Shown piece after piece: positions 42,723-52,719 of a stretch of DNA of 64,000 nt. A program made the translations under genes and the position numbers. The notes under the pieces are model-generated. The model had not been told where the DNA came from. It saw nothing but the letters and a program-made list of their open reading frames with translations, and searched no databases. Each line of letters opens with the position of its first letter. Positions within the stretch are counted from its first letter, which is position 1. This DNA comes from Syntrophales bacterium (GTDB lineage Bacteria; Desulfobacterota; Syntrophia; Syntrophales; UBA4778). The stretch lies in NCBI GenBank assembly GCA_963665615.2, contig CAXXQE010000008.1, forward strand, positions 1 to 64,000. Reading direction: 5' to 3'.

Positions 42723-43429
42723 TCCGGCTTCACCCTTTCTCCAAAGATGCCGCTGCCGATCCGGACGATGGTCGCCCCCTCCTCAATGGCCACCACAAAA
42801 TCGTCCGTCATCCCCATGGACAACTCGGCCATGACCACGCCATCGATTCGCCGCTCGGTAATCCGGTCGCGCAAATCCCGAAGCCGCCGGAAGTAGGGAC
42901 GTACTTCTTCGGGGTTGTCCGACCACGGCGGCATCGTCATCAATCCCCGGATGGACAGATTTGAAAAGACCGCGATGCTCTCGATAAAGGGGATTGCCTG
43001 CTCCGGAGGCAGACCGCTTTTCGAAGATTCCCCGCCGACATTGACCTCAATGAGGATCGGCATCGTGCGTGAAATCGCCGCCGCACGCCTATTGAGTTCT
43101 TCCGCGACACCCATCTTGTAAACGGAATGGACCACGTCGAAGAGATGAACGGCATACTTGGCCTTGTTGGATTGCAGGGAGCCGATCATGTGCCAGGCCG
43201 TTCCCTCACGTCCGATCCGGTCGATCTTCTCCCTGGCCTCCTGAACGTAATTCTCTCCGAAGAGCGTAATGCCGGCCGCCTTTGCCTCGACGATCCGTTC
43301 CAGCGGGACCATCTTGGTCACTGCCATCAGTTGAACGGACTCCGGCGCCCGGCCGCTCCTCAGAGCCGCTTCCGACATCTCCTGCCGGATGCGCTCAATA
43401 TTCTGCCGGATGGTATGCATGTCATTCAC
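42719..43429 (-). CDS. yggS: PLP homeostasis protein YggS
   Basis: MAVTK, FGENYVQE, LQSNK, LSMGM, VRIGSGIFGER. Confidence 0.95.
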   Translation of the reverse strand: MNDMHTIRQNIERIRQEMSEAALRSGRAPESVQLMAVTKMVPLERIVEAKAAGITLFGENYVQEAREKIDRIGREGTAWHMIGSLQSNKAKYAVHLFDVVHSVYKMGVAEELNRRAAAISRTMPILIEVNVGGESSKSGLPPEQAIPFIESIAVFSNLSIRGLMTMPPWSDNPEEVRPYFRRLRDLRDRITERRIDGVVMAELSMGMTDDFVVAIEEGATIVRIGSGIFGERVKPE

Positions 43430-43435
43430 CCCCGA

Positions 43436-44023
43436 TCAACGCACCGCCAAGTCCTCGAGACGAAAAGCGTCCAGTTCCTCCAATGCCTCCATCACCTCTG
43501 CCAGAGGCAGTCCGATCACGTTGGTATAGGATCCGTGAATCTCCCGGATGAAAAATGCGCCGATGCCCTGCACAGCGTAGCCGCCCGCCTTGTCATAGGG
43601 CTCCGGCGTCCGGATGTACCACGCCAGTTCCTTCTCCGAAATGTCCTTGAAAAGCACACCGGATTCGACCGTCCGACTCGCCTGAACAGCGCCGCCACGA
43701 ACAATGGCAAAGGCCGTTATCACCCGATGTTCGCGCCCGCTCAACTTCCGGAGCATCTCGGCGGCATGCGCACGGTCCTGCGGCTTGCCCAGCACCTCGC
43801 CGTCAATGATCACGATCGTATCCGCACCGATGACAAAGGACGCGGGCGGCGCCTCTGCCGCCAGGGCCTTTTCCTGCGACAGTCTCAGCGCATGCTCGGC
43901 AGGCGTCTCTCCTTCGATCGCAATTTCATCAACGCCGCTCACACAGATATCAAAATCGAGCCCCAGGCTTCCCAACAGTTCCCTGCGACGGGGAGACGCC
44001 GAGGCCAGAACGATTTTTTTCAT
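43436..44023 (-). CDS. maf: Maf nucleotide pyrophosphatase
   Basis: LASASPRRRELL, GADT, DKAGGYAVQG, GSYTNVIGLP. Confidence 0.95.
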   Translation of the reverse strand: MKKIVLASASPRRRELLGSLGLDFDICVSGVDEIAIEGETPAEHALRLSQEKALAAEAPPASFVIGADTIVIIDGEVLGKPQDRAHAAEMLRKLSGREHRVITAFAIVRGGAVQASRTVESGVLFKDISEKELAWYIRTPEPYDKAGGYAVQGIGAFFIREIHGSYTNVIGLPLAEVMEALEELDAFRLEDLAVR

Positions 44024-44104
44024 AACCAAAATTCCTTGCTTTTATGCTTTTGAGTCTGACGATCATTGAAACACTAAGCCTTTTTTACAGGCTCGCCCCT
44101 TCTC

Positions 44105-44132
44105 TTGACAAGCAATTTTTTGTGCATAGGTT
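44105..44132 (+). promoter_or_regulatory. Sigma70-type promoter for hsp20 operon
   Basis: TTGACA-16-TAGGTT. Confidence 0.5.
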
Positions 44133-44236
44133 AATTTCGTAAAGCAGCACTTACGAGGACACAGTCCCCCTCGATGCCGCATTGAAAGGCAGCGGGTGAG
44201 GGCGCAAATAAAGAAAAGATGAAAGGAGGAGCAACA

Positions 44237-44680
44237 ATGTTGTGGCCGGAATTCAGTACATTAAGAAGAGCTTGGGGTCCGTGGAACGACATGCGGCAAC
44301 TCCAGCGGGAGGCGGATCGTCTATTCTCGGGGAGATCGGTACCGTATGGTCAGGGTTTCCCGGCGGTAAACCTCTGGTTCAAAGAAGACAACGCCATTCT
44401 GACCTCGGAGATTCCGGGGCTTGATCCTTCGACGATCGATATCACGGTCAAGGATGATCTGCTAACCCTGCAGGCAACGCGTGTTGCGGCGGAATTGCGG
44501 GAAGGTGACGCCTATCACCGGCAGGAAAGAGGCCACGGGAAATTCACACGCACGGTCCGGATGCCTTTTCAGATCGACAACGCAAAAGTAACAGCAACGT
44601 ATGAAAAAGGTGTTCTCAAGATCGAGCTGCCGCGGGCTGAAGCGGACAAGCCTAAAAAGATTCAGATCAAGGCTCAATAG
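44237..44680 (+). CDS. Small heat-shock protein Hsp20
   Basis: EIPG, RQERGHGKFTR, ATYEKGVLKIELPR. Confidence 0.93.
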   Translation: MLWPEFSTLRRAWGPWNDMRQLQREADRLFSGRSVPYGQGFPAVNLWFKEDNAILTSEIPGLDPSTIDITVKDDLLTLQATRVAAELREGDAYHRQERGHGKFTRTVRMPFQIDNAKVTATYEKGVLKIELPRAEADKPKKIQIKAQ

Positions 44681-44694
44681 GGGGGTGAAGGGAT

Positions 44695-45099
44695 ATGACA
44701 ACCGAAAGAACTGAAGCATCCACTGAAAAGGTCGAAGCCGCGGTCGATACCGAACGAACCAGAAACCGCAGGGTCTATGTCCCCGGCGTTGATATCATTG
44801 AGAACAAAGACGCCATCGTTTTGCTGGCGGATATGCCTGGAATCGACGAGAAAAGCGTCCACATCACGCTGGATAACAATCTGCTGACGATCAAGGGCAC
44901 GGTCGATGTAGATCCTTTCAAGGGTTATACATTGGCCTACGCCGAATACGGCATCGGCGATTACGAACGGAGCTTCACGCTGACAGACGGCATCGATCAG
45001 GACCATATCGACGCAACCGTTACCAACGGCGTATTGAGGCTGGTGCTGCCAAAGGCGGAACCGCCGAAGCCGAAAAAGATTGAAGTCCGGGCATCCTAG
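44695..45099 (+). CDS. Small heat-shock protein Hsp20
   Basis: P.VDI.E, ADMPG, YERSF, NGVLRLVLPK. Confidence 0.93.
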   Translation: MTTERTEASTEKVEAAVDTERTRNRRVYVPGVDIIENKDAIVLLADMPGIDEKSVHITLDNNLLTIKGTVDVDPFKGYTLAYAEYGIGDYERSFTLTDGIDQDHIDATVTNGVLRLVLPKAEPPKPKKIEVRAS

Positions 45100-45122
45100 C
45101 CCGATGAAAGGAGGAGATATTT

Positions 45123-45620
45123 ATGCCAATCAAGGATCTGATTGCCAGGACTGCGGAGAAAAGAGGGCTCCCGATGCGGCGTGAATACGAGAATCCTTTT
45201 TACACTCTGCAGCACGAAATGAACAGGCTGATGGATACTTTTTTTGAAGGAGGCGGGTTGCCGTCTGCGTTTTCCGGAGACGTCACGGGGAACTTCTTGC
45301 CGCAGATCGATCTGAAAGAGGAAGATCAGGCGTTTGTTGTGTCCGCGGAGCTTCCGGGGATGGATGAAAAAGATGTCGAGGTTCTGCTGTCCGGAGACGC
45401 TTTGACGATCAAGGGCGAAAAGAAACAGGAGAAAGAGGAAAGGGCTGAGAACTATCATCGGATCGAACGGCGCTACGGATCCTTCAACCGGGTTGTCACG
45501 CTGCCCGCCGAAGTGATCACCGACAAAGTCGAGGCAACATTCGAAAAAGGTATCCTGAAAATCAAGCTGCCCAAGGCCGAGAAAAAGCCTGAGGCCAAAA
45601 AGATCCCCATCAAGGGGTAA
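45123..45620 (+). CDS. Small heat-shock protein Hsp20
   Basis: AELPG, ERRYGSFNR, FEKGILKIKLPK. Confidence 0.93.
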   Translation: MPIKDLIARTAEKRGLPMRREYENPFYTLQHEMNRLMDTFFEGGGLPSAFSGDVTGNFLPQIDLKEEDQAFVVSAELPGMDEKDVEVLLSGDALTIKGEKKQEKEERAENYHRIERRYGSFNRVVTLPAEVITDKVEATFEKGILKIKLPKAEKKPEAKKIPIKG

Positions 45621-45626
45621 AAGGCC

Positions 45627-45654
45627 GTAACGAGCAACGAGTAACAAGTGACAA
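45627..45654 (+). repeat. Family H heptamer array
   Basis: GTAACGA GCAACGA GTAACAA GTGACAA shortly after the stop. Confidence 0.78.
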
Positions 45655-45712
45655 GCAGAAAACACAGAGATAAACTCGGCAAGGACTTCAACCCGGCCAG
45701 TTACTGGGAGGG

Positions 45713-45748
45713 GAAAAGGCCGGCTCGTAATAGAGTCGGCCTTTTTTC
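45713..45748. terminator. Bidirectional intrinsic terminator
   Basis: GAAAAGGCCGGCTC...GAGTCGGCCTTTTTTC between convergent genes. Confidence 0.8.
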
Positions 45749-45760
45749 AATTGCTAACGT

Positions 45761-46648
45761 CTAAAAGAAGTAGCAAAGCCGTGTCTGGAGGACCGTTGTC
45801 TCGAAACCATTTTTGACGCTCAGATCCTTTCCATACTGCAAGAGGATCTGGAAAGGAAAATCAAACTTGACCTGCCCCGTCAAAAACATCCCCTGGGTGG
45901 CAATGTCATTATTTCTTCTCACTCCTTCCAACTGATTTTCTCCCCCCCGCAGCCAGTAGTAGCTGGCGGCCAGGTAAAAATTCTTATTGATCGTATAGGT
46001 CAGATGCACGGTTGTATTGAAAAGTGCGTCGGTCGCCAGTTTCTGATGGGATGTCCCGTAGTCGTTGTTATTTGTTGACCAGGTGAGCGTTTCATGAACT
46101 TCCAGGAGCCACTTGTCGATAGGCGTATAGGCAATCCCGAGCTCCGGGCCATATCCCCATTTATTGGCGCCCATGTTGACGCCGCCGTTTTCATTGTGAT
46201 ACTCACCGGTCGGCGCTGTGATGTTCCAGCCGATGGCCGTCTTGATCTTAGGCTGCTCAATGAACCAGAGATAGGCCCTCAAGCTTAGATCCCCAAGGCC
46301 GGAACTCTTGTAGCGTGTCGCCCCCAACGGCCTTTCCTGCACCTTTCTGCCGAATGGAACGATCAGGTTATACTGGCTTGTCATCCCTGCCAGCTTGCCC
46401 CAATACACGGCCCTGAAAAGACCGTAATTGTAATCATAGTCGTTGTTGAATGTCTGGTTGTGATTGCTGCTGTATGTGTCTGCCGAGACGTGGCGAAGAT
46501 AAAGCAGCGCCATCTTCGACCCCTCCGGCATGGTCAGGAACCCCTTGGGATCGCCCGCCATCTGCGCCCGGGCAATCGTCACCCCACACACAGGCGCAAG
46601 CAAGACAAAGAGTCCGACAGCAAATAAAAATACGCTGATTTTTTTCAT
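45761..46648 (-). CDS. Outer-membrane beta-barrel transporter (phenol meta-degradation/SphA-like family)
   Basis: Signal peptide, SGLGD, APTGEY...NMGAN.W, terminal aromatic YFF. Confidence 0.8.
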   Translation of the reverse strand: MKKISVFLFAVGLFVLLAPVCGVTIARAQMAGDPKGFLTMPEGSKMALLYLRHVSADTYSSNHNQTFNNDYDYNYGLFRAVYWGKLAGMTSQYNLIVPFGRKVQERPLGATRYKSSGLGDLSLRAYLWFIEQPKIKTAIGWNITAPTGEYHNENGGVNMGANKWGYGPELGIAYTPIDKWLLEVHETLTWSTNNNDYGTSHQKLATDALFNTTVHLTYTINKNFYLAASYYWLRGGENQLEGVRRNNDIATQGMFLTGQVKFDFPFQILLQYGKDLSVKNGFETTVLQTRLCYFF

Positions 46649-46670
46649 AGATTCTCCTTCTTGTTTTTAC

Positions 46671-46845
46671 AAAAAAACCCCACTGACCGGTTCATTGTCT
46701 GATTCCGGCAGTGGGGTCTATGACACCACTACAACGGAGGGCTAAACGAAAAACCCTCCCGTGACACCAGGAAACATCAACTTCAGCCCCTTGTTCTGGG
46801 CGGCTGTTTGCCGAATTTATTATCAGTTCTTGTATAAAAAAGCAA
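46671..46845 (-). promoter_or_regulatory. Promoter plus attenuator-like structured leader
   Basis: TTGCTT-17-TAATAA; terminator ACCCCACTGCCGG...CCGGTCAGTGGGGT+T run; competing hairpin GTAGTGGTGTC/GACCCCACTGC. Confidence 0.65.
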
Positions 46846-46865
46846 GAACCGTGAGCCAGAGGGTA

Positions 46866-47924
46866 CTACTCGCCCGAAAGCCGGGCGAATTCCTTCAGCA
46901 GGTCTTCTTGCTTCTTGCTCATGTGGGTCGGGATCTTGACGACCGTCTGAATCACCTGATCTCCCCGACCATATCCCCTCAGATGCGGAATGCCCTTGCC
47001 TTTCAGGCGAAAGACCTTCCCGCTCTGGGTTCCCTTTGGAATCTTGAGGCTCTCATGTCCCTCCAGGGTCGGGACCTCCACGTTTCCGCCCAGAGCAGCC
47101 TGGGTGATGGAAATCGGAATCTGACAAAAGATATCGTTTCCGTCACGCTGGAAGAATTCATGGCTGGTAACGTGAAGAAAGACGTAGAGATCACCATCGG
47201 CGCCGCCGAGTTTCCCCTGCTCCCCCTCTCCGCGCAATCTCAGACGCGATCCCGTATCAACCCCGCCGGGTATCTTCAAATGAACCTTTTTTGATACGCG
47301 GACTTTACCCAATCCGCGGCAAACCTTGCAGGGTGACTTAATGATCCGTCCTTCCCCCCGGCATTGAGGACAGGTGGAACTGATGCTGAAAAAGCCATTT
47401 TGCTGCGTCACCTGACCCGATCCATGACAGCGGGGACAACTCTCCGGCGTCGTTCCCGGTTCTGCCCCGATTCCCCTGCATTCCTGGCAGACTTCGTATT
47501 TTTCCAAATCGATATCGGTCTCCGTACCGAAGACGGCATCCATAAAAGAGATATTGAGATCGAATCTCAGATCGGAGCCGTTTCGGGCGGCCGATCTGGG
47601 GCGTCTACCCCCTCCCGAAAAACCGAAGACATCCTCAAAGATATCCCCAAAGCTGGAAAAGATGTCCTCGAAACCGGTAAAGCCGGTAAAGCCGCTTCCG
47701 CTCAGCCCCTCATGGCCGTAACGATTGTAGAGCTCCCGTTTCTGAGGATCTCTCAGAACCTCGTAGGCCTCCGAGGCCTCCTTGAAACGCTCTTCGGCCG
47801 CCTTGTCTCCGGAATTCTTGTCAGGATGGTATTGCATCGCGAGTTTGCGATAACTCTTCTTGATATCGTCCTCGGAGGCGTCGCGACCCAACCCCAGGAC
47901 TTTATAGTAGTCTTTTTTGATCAT
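46866..47924 (-). CDS. dnaJ: Chaperone DnaJ
   Basis: DYYKVLG, HPD, G/F region, four CxxCxGxG repeats. Confidence 0.96.
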   Translation of the reverse strand: MIKKDYYKVLGLGRDASEDDIKKSYRKLAMQYHPDKNSGDKAAEERFKEASEAYEVLRDPQKRELYNRYGHEGLSGSGFTGFTGFEDIFSSFGDIFEDVFGFSGGGRRPRSAARNGSDLRFDLNISFMDAVFGTETDIDLEKYEVCQECRGIGAEPGTTPESCPRCHGSGQVTQQNGFFSISSTCPQCRGEGRIIKSPCKVCRGLGKVRVSKKVHLKIPGGVDTGSRLRLRGEGEQGKLGGADGDLYVFLHVTSHEFFQRDGNDIFCQIPISITQAALGGNVEVPTLEGHESLKIPKGTQSGKVFRLKGKGIPHLRGYGRGDQVIQTVVKIPTHMSKKQEDLLKEFARLSGE

Positions 47925-48193
47925 CGATACGGACAATCCTTTACGGGATAATGTAAAGCGGCGTTAAAATAATCATAATCGGCCGTTTGTCAACAACACT
48001 TTGACCTCTTTCGTGAAAAAATTAAGGGAATCTGTCAAAAGGGCGCCAAAAGGCGCCCCGATCAGGTTCCTCACCGAGATGATGCCCAAGAGCCTGTGCA
48101 GAAAAACCGGAAGGAATTGCCGGCAACAGCGTATAAGATATGGATACCTTGCAACTTTGAACTTTTAAATCAAAACGCCCCGCGCAGCGGGAT

Positions 48194-49081
48194 CTATTTC
48201 GTTAATCGCTGCAAAGCCTCGGCGTACTTTTCCCGTGTTTTCTCTACGATCTCGTCTGGCAGTTGTGGGGCAGGCGGTTTCTGATCCCACTTGAGGGAGA
48301 GCAGGTAATCCCGCAGGAACTGTTTATCGAAACTCTTCTGTGACCGTCCTTCTTCGTAGTCGTCCTTCGGCCAGAAGCGCGAGGAGTCAGGCGTCAGAAG
48401 TTCGTCGATCAGGATAAGCTCACCGCTATCGGCGGTTAAACCGAACTCCATCTTCGTGTCCGCGATGATAATGCCCTTGGTCTCGGCCAGATCGGCCGCC
48501 GTCTTATAGACCTTGAGAGCGATCTCGACGACCCGATCGGTCAACTCGCCACCGATCAGGTTCTCGACCTCGCGGCGGCTGATCGGCAGGTCGTGCTCTC
48601 CCTCCTGCGCCTTGGTCGAGGGCGTAAAGATCGGCTCAGGAAGCTTCGAGGAATCCTTCAGTCCTTCCGGCAGGAGAATTCCAGAGACCGTCCTGTTTTT
48701 ACAGTAATCCTTCCAGCCGGAACCGGACAGGTATCCGCGGACGATGCACTCGACCGGCAGGGGCTTGGCCTTGCGCACGAGCATGCTCCGCCCTGCGAGT
48801 TGATCGTGATAGGGGGCGCATACCTCCGGATAGTCAGCCGGGTCGGTGGAAATCAGGTGATTGCCCACAATCCCCTCCATCTGCTTGAACCAGAACGCGG
48901 ACATCGTGTTCAGGATCTTGCCCTTGCCGGGGATCGGATTCGGCATGACGACGTCAAAGGCCGAGATCCGGTCCGTCGTCACGATCAGCAGATACTCGCC
49001 CAGATCAAAATTGTCGCGCACCTTGCCCCGGCTGAACGGTGTCAGCATCGGGAAGTCAGCATTAAGCATCCCCTTTTGCAT
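48194..49081 (-). CDS. purC: SAICAR synthetase
   Basis: [40 protein letters not shown]. Confidence 0.96.
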   Translation of the reverse strand: MQKGMLNADFPMLTPFSRGKVRDNFDLGEYLLIVTTDRISAFDVVMPNPIPGKGKILNTMSAFWFKQMEGIVGNHLISTDPADYPEVCAPYHDQLAGRSMLVRKAKPLPVECIVRGYLSGSGWKDYCKNRTVSGILLPEGLKDSSKLPEPIFTPSTKAQEGEHDLPISRREVENLIGGELTDRVVEIALKVYKTAADLAETKGIIIADTKMEFGLTADSGELILIDELLTPDSSRFWPKDDYEEGRSQKSFDKQFLRDYLLSLKWDQKPPAPQLPDEIVEKTREKYAEALQRLTK

Positions 49082-49090
49082 AAATCCCTC

Positions 49091-49720
49091 TCAGTTCAAA
49101 AAATCGTTTTCCTCTTTTTCCCGGCCGACCGTGGAAGTCGGCGACATGCCGTAGTTGTGCCCCGGCAGCACAACGGTATCCGCCGGCAGCGTCAGCAGTT
49201 TCTGCCGAATCGAGGTCAGCAGGGTGTTCCAGGAGCCTCCCGGCAGGTCCGTCCGCCCCACCCCTCCGACAAAGAGCGTGTCGCCGGTCGCCACAAAACC
49301 GGGCCCGTACAGGCACATCCCTCCCGGCGTATGACCGGGTGTATGGAGCACCTTGAGCGAGACCTTGCCGACGGTGATCGTATCGCCGTCCTTCACGGTC
49401 TGGTCCGCAGGCGGCGAGGCCTTGGCCCCGAACATCCTCAGGATGGCGGCCGGCGTAGAAACGAGCATCTCCGCATCGGCCTCGTGAACGATGATCCTGG
49501 CCCCGGTTTTGGCCTTCATATCGGTATTGCCGGCGATGTGATCAACATGGCCGTGGGTGTTAACGATGTAACGGATCGTAATGTTGTCTTTTTGCGCCTC
49601 GGCCAGGATCCGGTCGACCTCGTCCGCCGGGTCGATGACCAGTCCATCCCCCGTTTCGGGGTCGGCGACAAGATAAGCGAAAACGGCCATCTGGCCGACT
49701 TGAAGTTGTTTGATCAGCAT
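49091..49720 (-). CDS. MBL-fold metallo-hydrolase (glyoxalase II-like)
   Basis: THGHVDH, TPGHTPG, GDTLF..GVGRTD, PGH. Confidence 0.92.
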   Translation of the reverse strand: MLIKQLQVGQMAVFAYLVADPETGDGLVIDPADEVDRILAEAQKDNITIRYIVNTHGHVDHIAGNTDMKAKTGARIIVHEADAEMLVSTPAAILRMFGAKASPPADQTVKDGDTITVGKVSLKVLHTPGHTPGGMCLYGPGFVATGDTLFVGGVGRTDLPGGSWNTLLTSIRQKLLTLPADTVVLPGHNYGMSPTSTVGREKEENDFLN

Positions 49721-49890
49721 GGTTGTGTCCTCAGATGAAATTTCGGTGGCGACGCCGGCGCGGACCGGACCGCCGGCCAGAGAAAATCCGATCATTCCCG
49801 CGCATCGGGGCATTTCTAGCATCTTCGCCAAACCGAAGTCAATGGGTTTGAGGCGGCTGGCGCCGCAGTTAAAAGTTAACAATAATCAGT

Positions 49891-50198
49891 GATGGTCTTG
49901 TAAAAAGTCAGGGAATGAGGATGACGGGCCGGCTCTCTGCCGCTCAAAAATCTTTTTCCGTCATGTTCAGCGCCAAATTGCCAATGCCGTCGGGCTGGAA
50001 AAATCTTTGATTGGAGACTCACCGGAGCAAGCTCCGGCGAATCTCCGATCCCCAAGGAAAGAATTCGGACATGATTCGCTCGCTTACCCCGCCGAAAGCT
50101 GCGGGGAATGCGCTCGCTACCGGATTCGCGTTCGAGACCCAGCCCGTCATCCTCTTGTTTTATGATTGATACGTTATTCGATTTTTTACGAGACCATC
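49891..50198. mobile_element. MITE with terminal inverted repeats, 6-bp target duplication and a nested family B copy
   Basis: GATGGTCTTGTAAAAAGTC / GATTTTTTACGAGACCATC ends; ATCAGT at 49885-49890 and 50199-50204. Confidence 0.8.
50010..50127 (-). repeat. Family B palindromic repeat (nested)
   Basis: Reverse-complement match to 15685-15806. Confidence 0.9.
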
Positions 50199-50259
50199 AT
50201 CAGTAAACAGTAAAAAATACAAAACAGCAAACAAGGCCTTAGCGCATTCTGGCGTGAGA

Positions 50260-51609
50260 TTAAGAAATCACCCGCCGTAAGCGCGCCGCGAAGAACCCGT
50301 CCGTATGATGCCGGTGCGGAAAGCTCCGGAATATCCCCACGGAATCGATCAATTCAGTTGCAATGCCCTCCGGCAAGGAAGCCAATTGAAAGTCCGGATG
50401 CGTATTCAGAAAGGCTCGGACAATCGCCTCGTTTTCCTCCGGCATGATGCTGCATGTGCTGTAGACCAGGATGCCGCGCGGTTTCACGTAACAAGCTGCC
50501 CGATCGAGGAGGGCGCGCTGCAACCCGGTGCAACCCGTGAGGTCTTCCGGCGTCAGCCGCCACTTGATCTCCGGATTGCGCCGAAGCGTTCCGAGGCCCG
50601 AACAGGGGGCGTCAATCAAAACGGCATCGAAGCGCTCATGGCAATCCGGTCCCAGATCCGCTGTGGCATCCGCGGCCCGCCCCCGGATGATGGAGGCGCC
50701 GAGGCGCTTGGCCAGGGTGCCGAGGTCATTCAATTTATTGGCATGGATATCCACTGCCAGAATTTCCCCCTGATTCCTCATCAGGGCCGCCAGGTGCGTC
50801 GTTTTGCCGCCTATCCCCGCACACAGGTCCAGTACCCGTGACCCGGGCGCCGGATCCAGAAGCCGCGTGACGAGTTGCGAGGCCTCGTCCTGAATCTGGA
50901 TTTGGCCCTTGCCGAAAGCAGTGTTTTCCCGGATCGGCCTGGGAGAATGGAGCAGCTCGAGGCCGTCGGGCGAAAAGGCCGTCGGCCGCGCCTCATAGCC
51001 ATCTGCCGTCAACCCGGCCAGTGCCTCATCGCGAGAAGCCTTTAACGTATTGACGCGCAGGCAAATGGAGGGATTTTCATTGTCGGCCTGGCACAGAGCC
51101 AGCGTCTCTTCAACGCCGAAGGCCTCAATCCAGCGTTCGACGAGCCACTCGGGGTGCGAGTGGAAGGCCGCGATATGACGGATCGGCTCCTCTTCAAAGT
51201 CGGGAAAGGCGATGCCGCCAGCCTGGCGGATGGCATTTCTCAGGATGGCGTTGACGAGCCCCGTCCGTCCGGGGAAACGCTTCGAGGCGATCCGAACGCT
51301 CTCATCGACGGCGGCATGGCCGGGGATCCGGTCCATAAGGAAAATCTGATACAGTCCCGTACGGATCAGATTGCGAAGGGCCGGTTCCATCTTCTCGACG
51401 CGCCCCTGGTAGAGCTTGGCAAGATACCAATCAAGCCGACCGCGCATCCTCAGCGTCCCGTAGACAAGCTGTGTGAGGAGCCTGCGGTCCGGGCTGTTCT
51501 GAAATTCCCCCTGAGACAGCGCCTGATCGATCAGGGGTTCGGCATAACCGCCCTTTTCCACACGGTCGAGGATATCGACGGCAATCTGTCTGGGATTGAC
51601 TTTGGACAT
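50260..51609 (-). CDS. rsmB: 16S rRNA m5C967 methyltransferase
   Basis: NusB-like N-terminus, QDEASQ, DAPCSGLG, YSTCS. Confidence 0.94.
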   Translation of the reverse strand: MSKVNPRQIAVDILDRVEKGGYAEPLIDQALSQGEFQNSPDRRLLTQLVYGTLRMRGRLDWYLAKLYQGRVEKMEPALRNLIRTGLYQIFLMDRIPGHAAVDESVRIASKRFPGRTGLVNAILRNAIRQAGGIAFPDFEEEPIRHIAAFHSHPEWLVERWIEAFGVEETLALCQADNENPSICLRVNTLKASRDEALAGLTADGYEARPTAFSPDGLELLHSPRPIRENTAFGKGQIQIQDEASQLVTRLLDPAPGSRVLDLCAGIGGKTTHLAALMRNQGEILAVDIHANKLNDLGTLAKRLGASIIRGRAADATADLGPDCHERFDAVLIDAPCSGLGTLRRNPEIKWRLTPEDLTGCTGLQRALLDRAACYVKPRGILVYSTCSIMPEENEAIVRAFLNTHPDFQLASLPEGIATELIDSVGIFRSFPHRHHTDGFFAARLRRVIS

Positions 51610-51620
51610 CGTCTGCGGAT

Positions 51621-52559
51621 CTACTCCATTTTCTTTCCGGCAGTGAGATAGCCCTTCAGAAACTCGTGGACGGGCATCCGTTTTTTTCCCTCGAGTTGCA
51701 CGTCGCTCAGATAGACCAAGCCGTTGGCCACGGCCACGGGCAGCCCCCGCTGCTCTACCGCCCCGATCGTCCCCGGCGGATCGACGATCGGCTTGATAGC
51801 GGCCTCAGCGGCAAACACCTTGATCTGCTTGCCGTCCAACGTGCTCCACGCGGCGGGAACGGGTGAAAGCCCCCGGATGAGATTGACGATAGCGACAGCA
51901 TCCCGGTTCCAGTCGATGCGGGCATCTTCCTTTTTGAAGCGCGGCGCGAAGGTTGCCAGGGCATCGTCCTGCAGCGTTCCGATAATCGTGCCGTCGATCA
52001 ATCCCTTGACCGCTTGAAGCAGTAGCCGCGCACCGTCTCGGGCCATCCGGTCGTGCAGTTCTCCGAAGGTCTCCTCCGGAGCGATTGGGGACTTCTCCTG
52101 GAGCAGGATGCGGCCCGCGTCCACCTTCTCGGTCATTTCGATGATCGTCGCCGCCGTCTCCCGCTCGCCGCGGATCAGCGTCCAGTTCATCGGCGCCGCC
52201 CCGCGATACCTGGGCAGCATGGACGGATGCAGGTTGATGCAGCCCAGCGGCGGGGTATCGATGATCTCCTTGGGCAGGATCTGGCCGAAGGCTACGAGAA
52301 CCACCATGTCGGGAGCCAGTTCGCGAAAAATGCTCAGGAAGGACTCATCGCGGACCCGCTCCGGTTGCAGGATCCGGAGATTGAAGCGCTCGGCCGCCAC
52401 CTTGACCGGTGGCGATTCCTGTTTGCGTCCCCGCCCTTTGGGCCGGTCCGGCTGCGTCACGACGGCGATGATATTCAGACCGCTTTCTGCCAGCAGGGTC
52501 AGCGATGGCACCGCAAACTCGGGGGTGCCCATAAAGAGGATTTTGCATTGATTGTACAT
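51621..52559 (-). CDS. fmt: Methionyl-tRNA formyltransferase
   Basis: FMGTPEFA, TQPDRPKGRG, NLHPSMLPRYRGAAP. Confidence 0.96.
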   Translation of the reverse strand: MYNQCKILFMGTPEFAVPSLTLLAESGLNIIAVVTQPDRPKGRGRKQESPPVKVAAERFNLRILQPERVRDESFLSIFRELAPDMVVLVAFGQILPKEIIDTPPLGCINLHPSMLPRYRGAAPMNWTLIRGERETAATIIEMTEKVDAGRILLQEKSPIAPEETFGELHDRMARDGARLLLQAVKGLIDGTIIGTLQDDALATFAPRFKKEDARIDWNRDAVAIVNLIRGLSPVPAAWSTLDGKQIKVFAAEAAIKPIVDPPGTIGAVEQRGLPVAVANGLVYLSDVQLEGKKRMPVHEFLKGYLTAGKKME

Positions 52560-52684
52560 AACCGTTTCCTGATAAAATAAAGTGCGTTCAAGTCAAAACC
52601 AAGATCCAAGGGGTCGAGGTGTCAAAGGTTCAAGAAAAAAATATACGGATTGCGGTAGAATTCCTCAACCGGGTCATTGCGAGC

Positions 52685-52712
52685 CTGTCACCTGTTACTC
52701 GTCACCCGTCAC
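52685..52712 (-). repeat. Family H heptamer array
   Basis: Minus strand GTGACGG GTGACGA GTAACAG GTGACAG after the priA stop. Confidence 0.78.
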
Positions 52713-52719
52713 TGCTGTG

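Noticed and set aside
44144..44170. CIRCE element before hsp20 (GCAGCACTT-N9-CAGTCCCCC)
   Set aside because: Right arm too far from GAGTGCTAA.
46790..46815. c-di-GMP-I riboswitch suggested by GGCAAAC
   Set aside because: Lacks the GNRA-capped stem and following GCAAAG/P2 features.
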